From: Balanoglossus misakiensis
Lineage: Eukaryota > Animalia > Hemichordata
Length of the DNA stretch: 64,000 bases
Assembly: GCA_040954595.2 (NCBI GenBank)
Contig: CM082578.2
Coordinates: forward strand, 17,491,912-17,555,911
Direction of reading: 5' to 3'
In this document: one piece after another, positions 52,877 to 64,000 of the stretch
How positions within the stretch are numbered: position 1 is the first letter of the stretch
Layout of the letters: each line of letters starts with the position of its first letter
The notes under the pieces: generated by a model
Told to the model about the DNA's origin: nothing
Seen by the model: only the letters and a program-made list of their open reading frames with translations
Database searches by the model: none
Made by a program: the position numbers and the translations under genes

Positions 52877-54082
52877 ATGGCAAGAAGACTTTTCCATATA
52901 GTATGTGGTATGTCTGGTGGCGTGGACAGCAGTGTTGCTGCCTTGCTCTTGAAGCGAAAAGGTCACAGGGTCACAGGGCTGTTCATGAAGAATTGGGATT
53001 CGTTGGATGAGACTGGAGTCTGCCAAGCCGATGCAGACTTTGCAGATGCCCAGTATGTGTGTGACAAGTTGCAAATCCCTCTGCACCATGTCGACTTTGT
53101 TCAGGACTACTGGCATGACGTCTTCGTCAATTTCCTCAAAGAGTACCAGACAGGAACGACCCCCAACCCAGATATCCTCTGCAATAAATACATCAAGTTT
53201 GACAAGTTTTTGGCCTATGCCATGAAGGAATTCAGTGCTGATGCACTGGCTACTGGACACTATGCAAGAACAGATGCCGGAGAAGATATTCTTTATCAGC
53301 GCGAATGCATCACACACCGAGGAGTCAAGTTGCTTAAAGGCAAAGATCCACTCAAGGACCAGACATTCTTCTTGTCACAGATATCCCAGAATGCACTGCA
53401 GAGGACCCTCTTTCCAATCGGGGAATTAACAAAGAATTCTGTGAGGGACATTGCAATGAGAGAGGGACTGGAAAGGATAGTGAAAAAGAAAGAGAGCATG
53501 GGTATCTGTTTCATCGGGAACCGCAATTTTCAAAGGTTCATCCGAGAGTACGTGGAACCAAATCCTGGCCGCTTTGTGACAGTGGAAGACGACAAAGTTG
53601 TCGGACAGCATGATGGCTGCCACCTTTTCACCATAGGTCAAAGGGCACATATAGGTGGACAGAAACATGCCTGGTATGTGGCTGGCAAAGATGCAAGCAC
53701 GCAAACTGTGTACATCGCACCAGATACACATCACCCAGCGTTATACTGCATGACGATGGTCACTGAGCCATTGCATTGGATACACAAGGTGCCCGAGCAG
53801 CTGCTTCAGCAGAATCTGTTACAGTGCATGTTTCGTTTCCAACATGTCCATGTTCATCCATTGGTTGGATGTTCACTGTCTCTCAATGATAAAAAGCAGG
53901 GAATCATTTCTCTGGAGCAGCCACTGAGGGCAGTCACACCTGGACAGTTTGCCGTGTTGTACCAAGGGGAGGAGTGCCTTGGTGGTGCTCGAATTGTTTC
54001 ATTAGGACCCTCGCTTTATGAAGTGAATAGAGACAGTTCAAAGTCACCTGAAGAGATTTATTCACTATCAAGCAATAAATAA
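52877..54082 (+). CDS. TRMU: Mitochondrial tRNA-specific 2-thiouridylase (MnmA/TRMU), single coding exon
   Basis: SGGVDS PP-loop, FMKNWD, TPNPDILCNKYIKF, ATGHYA, KDQTFFL, KKESMGICFIG, TIGQR, RAVTPGQFAVLY.GEECLGG; first ATG at 52877. Confidence 0.95.
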   Translation: MARRLFHIVCGMSGGVDSSVAALLLKRKGHRVTGLFMKNWDSLDETGVCQADADFADAQYVCDKLQIPLHHVDFVQDYWHDVFVNFLKEYQTGTTPNPDILCNKYIKFDKFLAYAMKEFSADALATGHYARTDAGEDILYQRECITHRGVKLLKGKDPLKDQTFFLSQISQNALQRTLFPIGELTKNSVRDIAMREGLERIVKKKESMGICFIGNRNFQRFIREYVEPNPGRFVTVEDDKVVGQHDGCHLFTIGQRAHIGGQKHAWYVAGKDASTQTVYIAPDTHHPALYCMTMVTEPLHWIHKVPEQLLQQNLLQCMFRFQHVHVHPLVGCSLSLNDKKQGIISLEQPLRAVTPGQFAVLYQGEECLGGARIVSLGPSLYEVNRDSSKSPEEIYSLSSNK

Positions 54083-54379
54083 GTGAATTTCTTGATTTGT
54101 TACCATCATGGCTCAAACTGATCAGAAGTTCCTCTGTAACTTCACATGCTATAAAGAAAGTCGTGAGTTGAACTCCATATAAACAGACCAGTATCTAGAA
54201 CTATGAGTTTATATGCATCCAACCTCTTGACTTGGTCTACCAGCAAGATCAGACCAGTTAGTCATGTGAATAAAGCAAAAACAAAATGTTCTTTCTGTTG
54301 TAAAACTGGTTGTTTTAATGAGACATTACAGAAATTACACCTCGCTCATAATATACCACACACAACAGATCTGAAATAT

Positions 54380-55651
54380 TTATGAACGTGGTCTTTCCTT
54401 CTTCTCTTTGTACAACGCCCACAGTGACACATTAGCAACTTTGACAACCTTGAATCGTACACCGGGGATATCACCCACAGCATGACCCTTTCTTCCGAAA
54501 CCGGCCACTAAGACTTCATCGTTCTCCTGTGGGTAGGAAAAGATAACATTGAATCAGATCAGAATTAGAAGCAGTTGAAGCAATTCATTAAGTTGAGAAG
54601 AACTGAACTATTTCTCAAACCCAGTACAAGTATGTAGTCTCTCCACTCCAGTATTACAAATCATGACTCACTTCAATGTAGTTCAGGCAACCATCTCTTG
54701 GTACAAAAGCTGTAATTTTCTTGCCGTTCTTGATAAGCTGTACACGGACACACTTTCTGATAGCAGAGTTAGGCTGTTTAGCCTCAACACCCCTGTAAAG
54801 ATATAGCAAGAAAATTTTCATTATTAGCATACTTAAAGCCATAGTATTATGCTAACTTTGCCTCTATTAAGTTGTTATATGCCAACAACTCTATTTCTGG
54901 TCTAGATGTACTGATACTTGTGAGTGGTACAATCTCAGTAGACTGTTGTTAGTTGGTGGGTTTGAGTAGTTGGTTCCATACAGTGAAAAATCACATTTCA
55001 TTCACTTACACTTTTTCAAGAACAATTCCTTTAGCATGTGAAGCTCCTCCGAAGGGGTTTGCCTTCAATGCTGTGCTGGAGTGAGCCTTCTTGTAGTCAT
55101 TATCATGCCACCTCTGTTCACGTCTTGTGGTTCTGAGTTTACGGGCTGTACGAAGACCATGTGGCTTACCTGAAGGTTGAAAACGTTATCACATTGTAAA
55201 TACACATACACTAGCTGTGGGTTGCTGGCGTTTGTAGTTGGATGATATGCAGGTACATGTAGCTAATTCTAAAGTCTATGGGTTGAAAACATAGCTCACA
55301 GCTGGTAGGGAAACAAACCTTATTACATACTCCATAATATTTATTTTCTCGAGTATCTATGATTACTCTAATCATTATTTACTTCGATCATTACCGCACA
55401 CACAGTGAGGCTATATTCACCAATGGCTGACCTCCAATGGCGGCGCAGTGCCAGTGGGATAACACATTGTGGCACACCACAGCAAGCTCTGCTCTCGTAA
55501 ACGAACATGTCTGCAACCATTTGAGTACTTTTCATCGAAAAGAAGCTCAATATGACACAAGGCCTTAGATAACACGTTTTGTTGATTGATTATAGGCTTT
55601 GTTACGTGAAAATTAAGCATTTATTTCTCTGTCACATGGACACTCACCCAT
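54380..55651 (-). CDS. RPS23: 40S ribosomal protein S23 (uS12)
   Basis: Exons 55648-55651, 55010-55169, 54672-54792, 54380-54526 total 432 nt (143 aa plus stop); [65 protein letters not shown]. Confidence 0.97.
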
Positions 55652-55670
55652 GATGTCCGACGGCAAATGC

Positions 55671-55684
55671 AAAAAGAACGAGAG
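55671..55684 (-). promoter_or_regulatory. TCT initiator / 5'TOP pyrimidine tract of RPS23
   Basis: Minus strand reads CTCTCGTTCTTTTT about 20-33 nt upstream of the ATG, typical of ribosomal-protein transcription start sites. Confidence 0.7.
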
Positions 55685-55748
55685 TGGGATTTAACGTGAA
55701 TAACGTATCTTCATATAAGTTTGAGGGCGCATTACCTCAAAGGTATGT

Positions 55749-55770
55749 GTCACATGATCAATCACATGAC
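55749..55770. promoter_or_regulatory. Tandem M-box/CLEAR-like E-boxes upstream of ATP6AP1
   Basis: GTCACATGAT-CA-ATCACATGAC (two TCACATGA); a further TCACGTGAC at 55900-55908 in intron 1. Confidence 0.6.
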
Positions 55771-55786
55771 CATTTATAATTCAATC

Positions 55787-58553
55787 ATGGCTACGAGTAA
55801 GATGGTATCGACTATTTTTCTGTTTTTCCCCTTCGTTTTAACACTTTGTTCTGCTGAAGGAAGAGTTCCAGTCATAGCATGGTCTAATACTGAGTAAGTT
55901 CACGTGACAAATTATTACAACAGTGCTTTATTCCGAGAAATGCCGTGAAAACATACTATATTTTTAAGCAATAATTTCCATGTTAAGAGTACACTGTACA
56001 TCTCAGTCACATTGCCGGGACATAAGTCAGTCTGTATGGAGTTCAGTGTACAAAGGTGCATATAGGTTTTCAAGAGCTATGTGTATTGAAGAATGGCAAT
56101 TTTTTTTCCAATCCTTTTTTTTTTGGGGGGGGGGGGGAACATACAACATGCATATTATTATTGCATAAGAGGGTGGCTATTTTTAGAAAATTTAATTAAA
56201 ACGATTATGTCTCTAAAGGTACACTCATTTTGGAATGTATGTGCTGGCTTTGGAATTGGTGCATGACAGGGTCTTTTTGTATTTTCAGTTCAATGTCAGG
56301 TTTATCAGGTGTTCCTGCTGGACACACTGTCACACTGTCTGGTCTGCAAAGCCACTACCTGAATCACTTTGTTGATCGTCCACAGACCATTGTTGTCTTG
56401 ATGCAAGATAAGGTGAGTGAATCCAAAACAGACAATATCTGCTGGCAGTTCAGTCTATTATGTTGATGGCCAATGACTGTGTCCCTTTTAGGTGCTACAT
56501 TAGCAATAACATGATCAGATTATATTTTCTGGGGATTACTGCTTTGTTTCATTGGAAATTATGTACTGAGACATATTTTGTATGGTAACTTTTCTGTTTC
56601 AGTTGAGTATGGAAGATTTTACATTGTATGGTGATGTGTACAGTGAAGACCAGAGCCAGAATGCATTCAAAAATCTCAAGGTAAATTTTAATCATTATTT
56701 ATGACAGATTGATGATGATGATAATGGTGGTGATGGTGATGACGACGGCAACGACGAAGATGATGATGATGATCTTGCATGGCTAAATTTTTTATTTTTA
56801 ATTCTTTAGTTTTTTAATTGCTTTTTGCACTTTTATATGACAGGAGTCACTGGATAACTCTGCATCACATGTGACTTTGCCGGCTGTTGACATAGCTGAG
56901 GACGAGGACACACTGATCAAGTATCTGGTATCACACATCAATGGTGAAGTTGCATATCTGCAGTCGCCTGAGGAGCTGAAAGAGAAACAGCTTGACAAGG
57001 ATAAAACCAACCTCATCATTCTGCATATAACCAGCAAGGAAGTGTAAGTAACCATACTTTGGTAGACAGATCTGCTGTTGACATTACTGAGGAAGTTGGT
57101 GTCATGAAAGGGCCATTCATGTTTGTTTCTTCTTTACAGTGATGAAGGAAAATCAAAGAAGGAAAGATTATCAGAAAATGACAAAATCCTCGGTCAAGTC
57201 AGCGATTTGTTTAAATCACAGCAGGATTCCTACACTATCATGCTGACAGCATCAGAACCCCATAAGGTAATTTGATGGCTGACCAACTCCATAGTTCCCT
57301 AGCTGCAAAAAGACTTTGCTGATTATGCCACCATGGATAGTGAAAGAAAAACCTAGGAAATATCCATCTGAATCTGAAAGAAAATATACTTGAGTCGTAA
57401 ACAATTATATCTGCTGCAAAATTTCAAGATGTTTTTGTTTACATTGCCTAAATAGGAGGTGACCATGGATATTCTGAATCGTGCACGCCGTGAAGAGACC
57501 CAGGATGTGGTTGAAGCCCAAGCATCTGCCGATAATGCCACATTCATTTTCATGAATACATCGTGCATCTTGTTATTTGCCAAAGAGATGCGATTTGTGC
57601 TGAACGATACAGATAAAGACTTCCATACACATATTGAATTGGTCGACATCTTTGATACTGCAGATGCAATTTGCTCTGAAGAGAATAGAACGTAAGTGTG
57701 AATCAGTTTTTTTTCCCGATCAGACGTAATTATAGATCACCTGCCAGAGTCATCTGTGCGAGCTCTCACCATTCCTCTTATTCTGTGGTCTTTTCTTTTC
57801 ACAGATTAACAGCAACATTCAAGCAGCCGGACACTGATGGTGAATCATTAGACTTGACAATGGAGTAAGTTACTGAATGTCAAACTTTCCCCCCACTTTT
57901 TGGTTGTGCCCAATTTCTTCTCATCTTATTTGACGTTTCCTCATTCACTCTTTCATTGCAGGATGTATTTCGACAACGACGGGTACATGTGGAGAGCCGA
58001 CGCATTTCAAATAACATATCAATATGCATACAAAAATGCTTCTGAAACCTATTCAATCAGCAGCGAAGATAAACAGAAGTACGAGTACATATTGGCACCC
58101 CTGGGGAAATCTTATCATTGTGACAACCCAGCAGATGGTGCCGTGGGGAACGCCACCGGCACTATTGAATTTGTCAAGTTACAGGTTAGTGTCTCATACT
58201 CAAGTTATATGGCCGAAATGTCCCTCTGTCCTGTTGATGAATTAGCCTGTGCCAATCCACCATGTTCATGCTTTCTGGGTGTTGGACAATTTTTCTGCAG
58301 TTGACCATCACATCACTAATCAGATTCCTCCTGTATTTTCCAGGTACAACCGTACAACATCACATCCAATGGATTTTCAAAAGCCGATGATTGCATTGGG
58401 TTCTTCACAGCTCAGTTGTGGATGGTTCTAATGACAGTGTTGCTTCTCTTGCTGATCTTAACGTTTGGATTGACATTCCTTCTCAATCTCAGCAGCATGG
58501 ATAGGTTTGATGATCCTAAAGGGAAACAACTCATGATTACTACAGACGACTGA
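55787..58553 (+). CDS. ATP6AP1: V-type proton ATPase accessory subunit S1 (Ac45)
   Basis: Signal peptide then VPVIAWS; furin-like RARR; APLGKSYHC; C-terminal DCIGFFTAQLWM, TM segment, MDRFDDPKGK. Exons 55787-55893, 56289-56412, 56603-56680, 56844-57043, 57140-57266, 57456-57691, 57805-57864, 57962-58184, 58344-58553. Confidence 0.93.
56710..56772. repeat. (GAT/GGT/GAC)n degenerate trinucleotide repeat in an ATP6AP1 intron
   Basis: Direct reading. Confidence 0.8.
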
Positions 58554-59859
58554 TTAGCTCAGTAGCAGTGCTTTGTGAAATTGTAGTAGATATAGACTTC
58601 ACTGTAAGGGCTGGTTTTCAGAATCTGGATCCCCTGCTGATCTTTCCCATCTTTGCTAAATGCCATGGTGAAAAGTAAATAGAGATACATGTGATCTGGC
58701 TTTAGTGGTTGTAGTATGGCATGTTATGTCAGGAATACATTTGAAATGTATACAGATTTTCAACTTTGTAATATTCTGTCATTTTGTATTGGTCTACTAG
58801 AGAGTTCAAAGAAATGTATGTAAATGTTGATGTACACAGTTAAATAAAATGAATGAAATTTATGATTGAATTCATAGCCTTGTATGTGCCTCTCGTAGGT
58901 ATATGTATGACAGTGTCAGCTTGTAGGATTCATGAATGTGTGTGTGTGTGTGTATGTGCAGTTTCATAGTTACAGAAACTGACCACATACATTATAGGAT
59001 ATGGTGTTTTATTTTCACTTAAAAACAGTTAATTGTACATATCAAAGGTTCGAAACGTTATAATTACACATCAAATCATCATTTCTATACATAGGTACAT
59101 TGAATTTTGGAATTTCCCAATATTTACAACAATGCAATTCACCCTCACACTTTGTGGACGGAGATGAAGATACTAGAATGTCTTGAAGGTCCTAGATATA
59201 CGTCATGTACATTCAAGTAATGGTTCTCAAAGAAAACCAATCAATCAAGTTTCACTACAGATGTAAAGTTCTGGTGGGGAGGGGGAAAGATAAAAGTGCA
59301 GCACTTCACAGTGCATTAACGAAATGCATAATATAAACAAGCTATGCTATGGACAACATTTTTATACATTATCAACAAAATTGGTTAACTTATGAAAAAT
59401 GTAAGTATATTTTACATTCAAGTCAAAATAAAGAAACTCGAGAGCCGGGCTTCAGGGAAGATGTATGTATGTAAAGCAGTAATCAAGTGAAAATTCAATA
59501 ATAGTAGATACATACTTCAGTAGAGTCACCATGGAAGAAAATCCCACTGCAAGCTCAGACTGAAAATAACACATACAATATTCCTTTGTTGCCACGGCAA
59601 AAAAAAAATCCACAGTTCAATTCATTTCCAAATAATTATCAAATGAATGGCAAACACTTGTCTGTGCTCATATTTTTTTTTTCATAGAATTTAGCGTTAA
59701 TTATCAACACTTGTGTTTTTGGTTTTGGACGGTTGACACACAAAATATTGTACAAGACAAGTGTAATGGAATGTAAATAACAGTCGTTCATTTTTATTGT
59801 GACACGCGAGTAATTGATCAGTTCATCTAAAAAAAATTTCAGCAAGAGTTCAATTTCAT

Positions 59860-62800
59860 CTAATCATCTAACTGACACAGTAAGGCCACACCACGTTTAA
59901 TCCAGTGTGTTGTTGGCAGATCTGTGGGTAGCTCAATGGATAGCACAAAATTGGTGGAATGGCCCGTCGTTGAGAGCACACCACGACGTTCACTTGTTTT
60001 GTACAATGGGCAGGTGTAGTCATTTTTCTCTTCAAAATCTGCCATTTTACCTGAAAACGTGGAAAAGTAAAATAATGATGATCAACTCCATGGGAAACAA
60101 ACTCATCTCATGTGTACAGACAGAAGGTCTTTAGTTTATATCTATGGAAATGCCAACCTCAAGAAATGTGGGCCTTTAAAATATGCTCACGCATAAAACC
60201 ACTCTGAAAATTGTACTATTTCTAGTTTCTAACTCAGACAGAGACAGACAGACGGACAGACAGAGACAGACAGACAGACAGAGACAGACAGACGGACAGA
60301 CAGACAAACTGATGGCAGGAAAACACTCACCTGGTTTAATCCAGATTATAGGAAGCGGGTCAAACAGAACCTTGGGAAGAGATTCCCCTAACATACCCCT
60401 GAAAGAGAAATAGCATTGGAAATTGTTCAGGTGATGAGATTTTTGCTCCAGGAAACTGTGCAGTCAATGTGTGTGGTTTCATTGGTGATGGGTACCCTCT
60501 AAGCCAGTGAGAATGTACCACTGATAAGTGGACCCTCTAAGCTGATGTATAATGTTACTGATACATGATCACTTTCTCTCTCCCTCTAAAATTTATTGCA
60601 CTTACCTTTTTCTGTCCCATCTAGCACCATCTAAGAATAAACCAAAGACGTAGACACCATCTTCTGGGGCTTTGTCACTTGTTTCTGTTGGCAGGACCTT
60701 CAAGTTTCAGAAAACAAAATAATTTAATTGAGATATGTATTAAAGTCATCCTGACAGTTCAGAGTTTTCCCATCAAATTGACGTTGTAAATTTGATATAC
60801 TCGAGAAATATTGATCTGCAGATGTCAAGGTTCCATTTCTTTCTGTGCAAACTTGGTTTATTTTCCTGCACTCTTCAGTGGCCGATTGCTTTGTTACCAC
60901 TCACTTCAATGCATCATTCTCTTTTGTCCCAATAAAAATAATGGCTGCACTGATAAAACAGCAAAAAAAGTTGAAATGTTGACTGACCTCAAACTCATAT
61001 CCTAGCTTATCGATAGGAATAGTGTACTTCCTGGCATAGTTCTGCATGGCTCCAGTCAAGAAGGCTTGTGTGAAGTAGAAGCCTGCAATCCAGAACACTT
61101 CGGGTTTGCCGTTGTCGTACCAGTCCTGCAGGAACTTGAGCCTTTGTAGGAAGTCATTCATGTAGCTGCCGAGAGGTTTCAGACTTGGATAGGAGCGCTT
61201 GGCCCACATCTCTGGTACCTTTGCAAAGTGAGAGCAAGCAATGTTGATCAGAATTTGATTCATTCTGACCTCCACCACACCACATTTAAAAATCGAAATG
61301 ATCCCAAATGCTCAATAAGAGCTGGAACCTGATTCTATTCTATTCAAAAGAAGTATTACATATAATACTTACTTTACCAATGAGCAGATTACTTGCTACA
61401 CTTTCTAAGTCAGCTGACATCACCACTAAACCTTTGATGGCTTTCTGTAAATTCACAATACTGGTACGGATGGTCTGTAATAACCTGTCAATTGGGAACG
61501 TACAACACATCAGTATGATACAGTTTGTCAAGTTAATCATAAAAGAAGGACATCAACACAACAATGCTTGATGAGAGATGTCCTACCATTGAACCCACCC
61601 AAAAAGGTTGTGTTGTTGACTGAAACACTCACCTGTTAAATCTTTCCATTTCTTGAACGAGCACAGTGTTCATACTCTCGCTGTACTCTACAGGATACTT
61701 GGCTAGGGCGGCTTCAAGGTCAAAATTGGGCGGAAGCTGCAAACAAGGTCAATGTCAGAATGATCAGAAGTGCCTGGTTGACTAAAAGTTCTTTCTATTG
61801 TATCATATAAACCTTCTATGTCTCTTTTGTATTTCCTTGGTTGTTAACTGATTGATGTCACCACAGTTTTGTTCATTTTAATGTACAAAACGATCTCGAA
61901 CAGTACATGTACCTTAGAAAGAATGTCTTTAGCGATTTCCAGGAGAGTATCATCAGTCTTGCCAGCCGCTCCTCCGCCACGACTTCCTTGAGTCAGTAAG
62001 ACATTGTTGAATAATTCCCTTGTCTCTTGCAGTTCTCGACTGATGTCCACATTGTCGTGCATGCCAAAGACTTCTGGTTTCTGCATGAGGGGCATGGCCT
62101 GTCAAAACAAAATAAATAATGTTCCAGAAATATTGGTTGCAAGTTGTGCATAGAGCTCTCTGTGATTACTAATGGTCTATTGTGTGGATTGCAGATTAAA
62201 AAGTTTTGGTTGATTTTATTCTGGGTCAGTCAGTCCTAGAGGACATCTTGTTTGTTCCACGACTAATTGTACAGCAAAGATTCCAGGTATGTACAGGTTT
62301 TGTTGGAACACCATAAAACTGCCCAGAAAATCACCAGAAAAACTTGTTGATTTTGAATTAAAATCAAACCTTTACCTTGATAAATTCTACATAATCTTCG
62401 TAGGTTCCTTTGGGTGGTGCGTAATAGACACCACTTGGTGAAAACTTGTACTTGGCTTCTGAGACAATGCTGGGATTGTAGAAATCTGACAGAATGGTCA
62501 GCAGGGTACGCCGATCTCTGTCGTCTGTCACACGTCCACCGTAGTTACACTCACCAGTCATGTAAGAGATGGCATCATAAGGCACCTCTTCGTAATCATT
62601 GATGAACATCTGGTGGTGGAAATAAAGAGAGGCTGTCAGATGTGGAACCATGGAGTATTTTGACATTCAGATTCATTTCAAATCTCAACTTGATGACGAA
62701 GATGGATGGATGATTAAGTTCTGAATTCTATATGCTGACATCAACATTACCTGCAGTTGTCTGACACTGATCCTGAGATCGGACTCGTTGAATCCATATG

Positions 62801-63773
62801 GAATATTCCATCCCAACGGACCAAACTTCCGTCTCTCTTGCACCAGGGCATGGAAGAAACACAGACTGAACAGCAGCTTTTCCCAAGTCTGCAGTGAGAC
62901 ATAAAATAAGATGGTATTACAGTTGTGTTCAGTTTCACACATTGAAACAGATTTTCCGTCAAAAAACTGCTGTGTTAACACTAATCAATATACCTGTTCT
63001 TTGCCTGGGCACGCATTAAAGAATTCTTGGTCGCTGATGGGGTCATTGTAGTAAGACTGCATCATATTTTGTCTCAGTCCTGTGGGCGGTTCATTGGTCA
63101 TCTTGACTCCATTCTGTAAGACTGTCACTGGAAACTGCAGAGAAAAATGATAGTGGCAATATTTAGCATCATATATGTTTCATCTAGTACAACATGAGAT
63201 CGGTATACACACTGTGATGAACTTACTTTATCTGATGGGTAACTGGTCAGCCAAAGTCTGAACTCAGAACTGACATTCTCCGGCGAGAAATCCTCACAAA
63301 GCTTTTCTAAAGATGGCATCCATGAAACAGCTAAGTGACAGTTCTGTAGTACAACCCAAGTTCCATCATTTCTGGCTTGGTCTATCATTTTAGCGGCGAT
63401 AGGTCCCTGTGGGTGAGGCGGGGAAAACAAGGGATTAAAGCAACTGTTTAGAGAATGTACTGGTACAGTCTGAATATTAATCTCTACAGCTTGTGGCAAA
63501 TGGTATGAATACATTGGGAATGCATGAAATGAGCTAACTCATATTTACCTGCCCTTGTCCTAAGGAGATGGCATTGAACTTGTCGCCGCTGAATCCCTGA
63601 TCACCAGCAAACTTGAGAAGACTGGCCATTGGATCAGCACCCGGGGACAGAATGAAAATCAATGGTGCACACGCATTGGAGTCGTAGTAACATTTGGAGA
63701 GGTCAAAGGGCGGTGGCTCGATGAATTTCTGACCCAGCTTTTCCTTGACAAAGTCCGTCACTGCAGGAACAAT
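59860..63773 (-). CDS. DNAH12: Axonemal (inner-arm) dynein heavy chain, 3' partial; most similar to DNAH12
   Basis: About 12 exons (approx. 63549-63773, 63228-63407, 62994-63135, 62751-62889, 62377-62610, 61913-62098, 61633-61736, 61374-61486, 60988-61218, 60607-60697, 60331-60398, 59860-60050). AAA6/C-terminal motifs [123 protein letters not shown]12 versus DNAH3/7 is from recall only. Confidence 0.88.
60236..60306. repeat. (GACA)n/(GA)n microsatellite in a dynein intron
   Basis: Direct reading. Confidence 0.9.
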
Positions 63774-64000
63774 CTGTGATGGAGAAAGAAACAGTCAAGT
63801 GCAAGTTAATCAATGCAGTTAATGAAGTGGCTGGGAAATGAAATTGTATCAGCCAAGCATGACAGTGACTCTCTGAAGCACATGGCATCTTCTCATGTGA
63901 TCTGATGATGCCAAACAGACATGTCAAAACCTAACCCTACTTTCAACCCCAGCTCCCACTGTAGAGGCCCAGCTTTACCACGGAAAACAATGGATTTGGA

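Noticed and set aside
52877-54082. Bacterial mnmA horizontal transfer or contamination
   Set aside because: Embedded among spliced genes with an upstream splice acceptor and poly(A) signals; motifs such as KDQTFFL and KKESMGICFIG fit eukaryotic TRMU, though a phylogeny would be needed to be decisive.

Overview
This is eukaryotic DNA with GT-AG introns, most consistent with a compact invertebrate animal genome; I see no prokaryotic operon, CRISPR array or intact transposase. Left to right: (i) two candidate first exons of an unidentified minus-strand gene running off the left edge; (ii) two intronless tandem FABP/iLBP-family genes (+); (iii) a full prickle gene (CR-PET-3xLIM-CAAX, -) directly downstream of a full testin-like gene (CR-PET-3xLIM, -) with a ~300-aa Gly/Ala/His/Pro repeat insertion; (iv) MDM1 (-) head-to-head with a TRMU/MnmA gene whose CDS is intronless (+); (v) RPS23 (-) head-to-head with ATP6AP1/Ac45 (+); (vi) the 3' part of an axonemal dynein heavy chain, most like DNAH12 (-). 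Exon boundaries were read by hand and phase-checked (dynein inner exons approximate). Gene names come from my recall of family motifs, not database searches. The most notable unexplained signals are the testin repeat insert, a candidate 27-nt YENI microexon, the tandem testin-prickle arrangement, FABPs lacking the canonical carboxylate-binding Arg, tiny CATAGA...TCTATG elements with 7-bp flanking duplications resembling P-element footprints, and CLEAR/M-box motifs in the RPS23/ATP6AP1 shared promoter.
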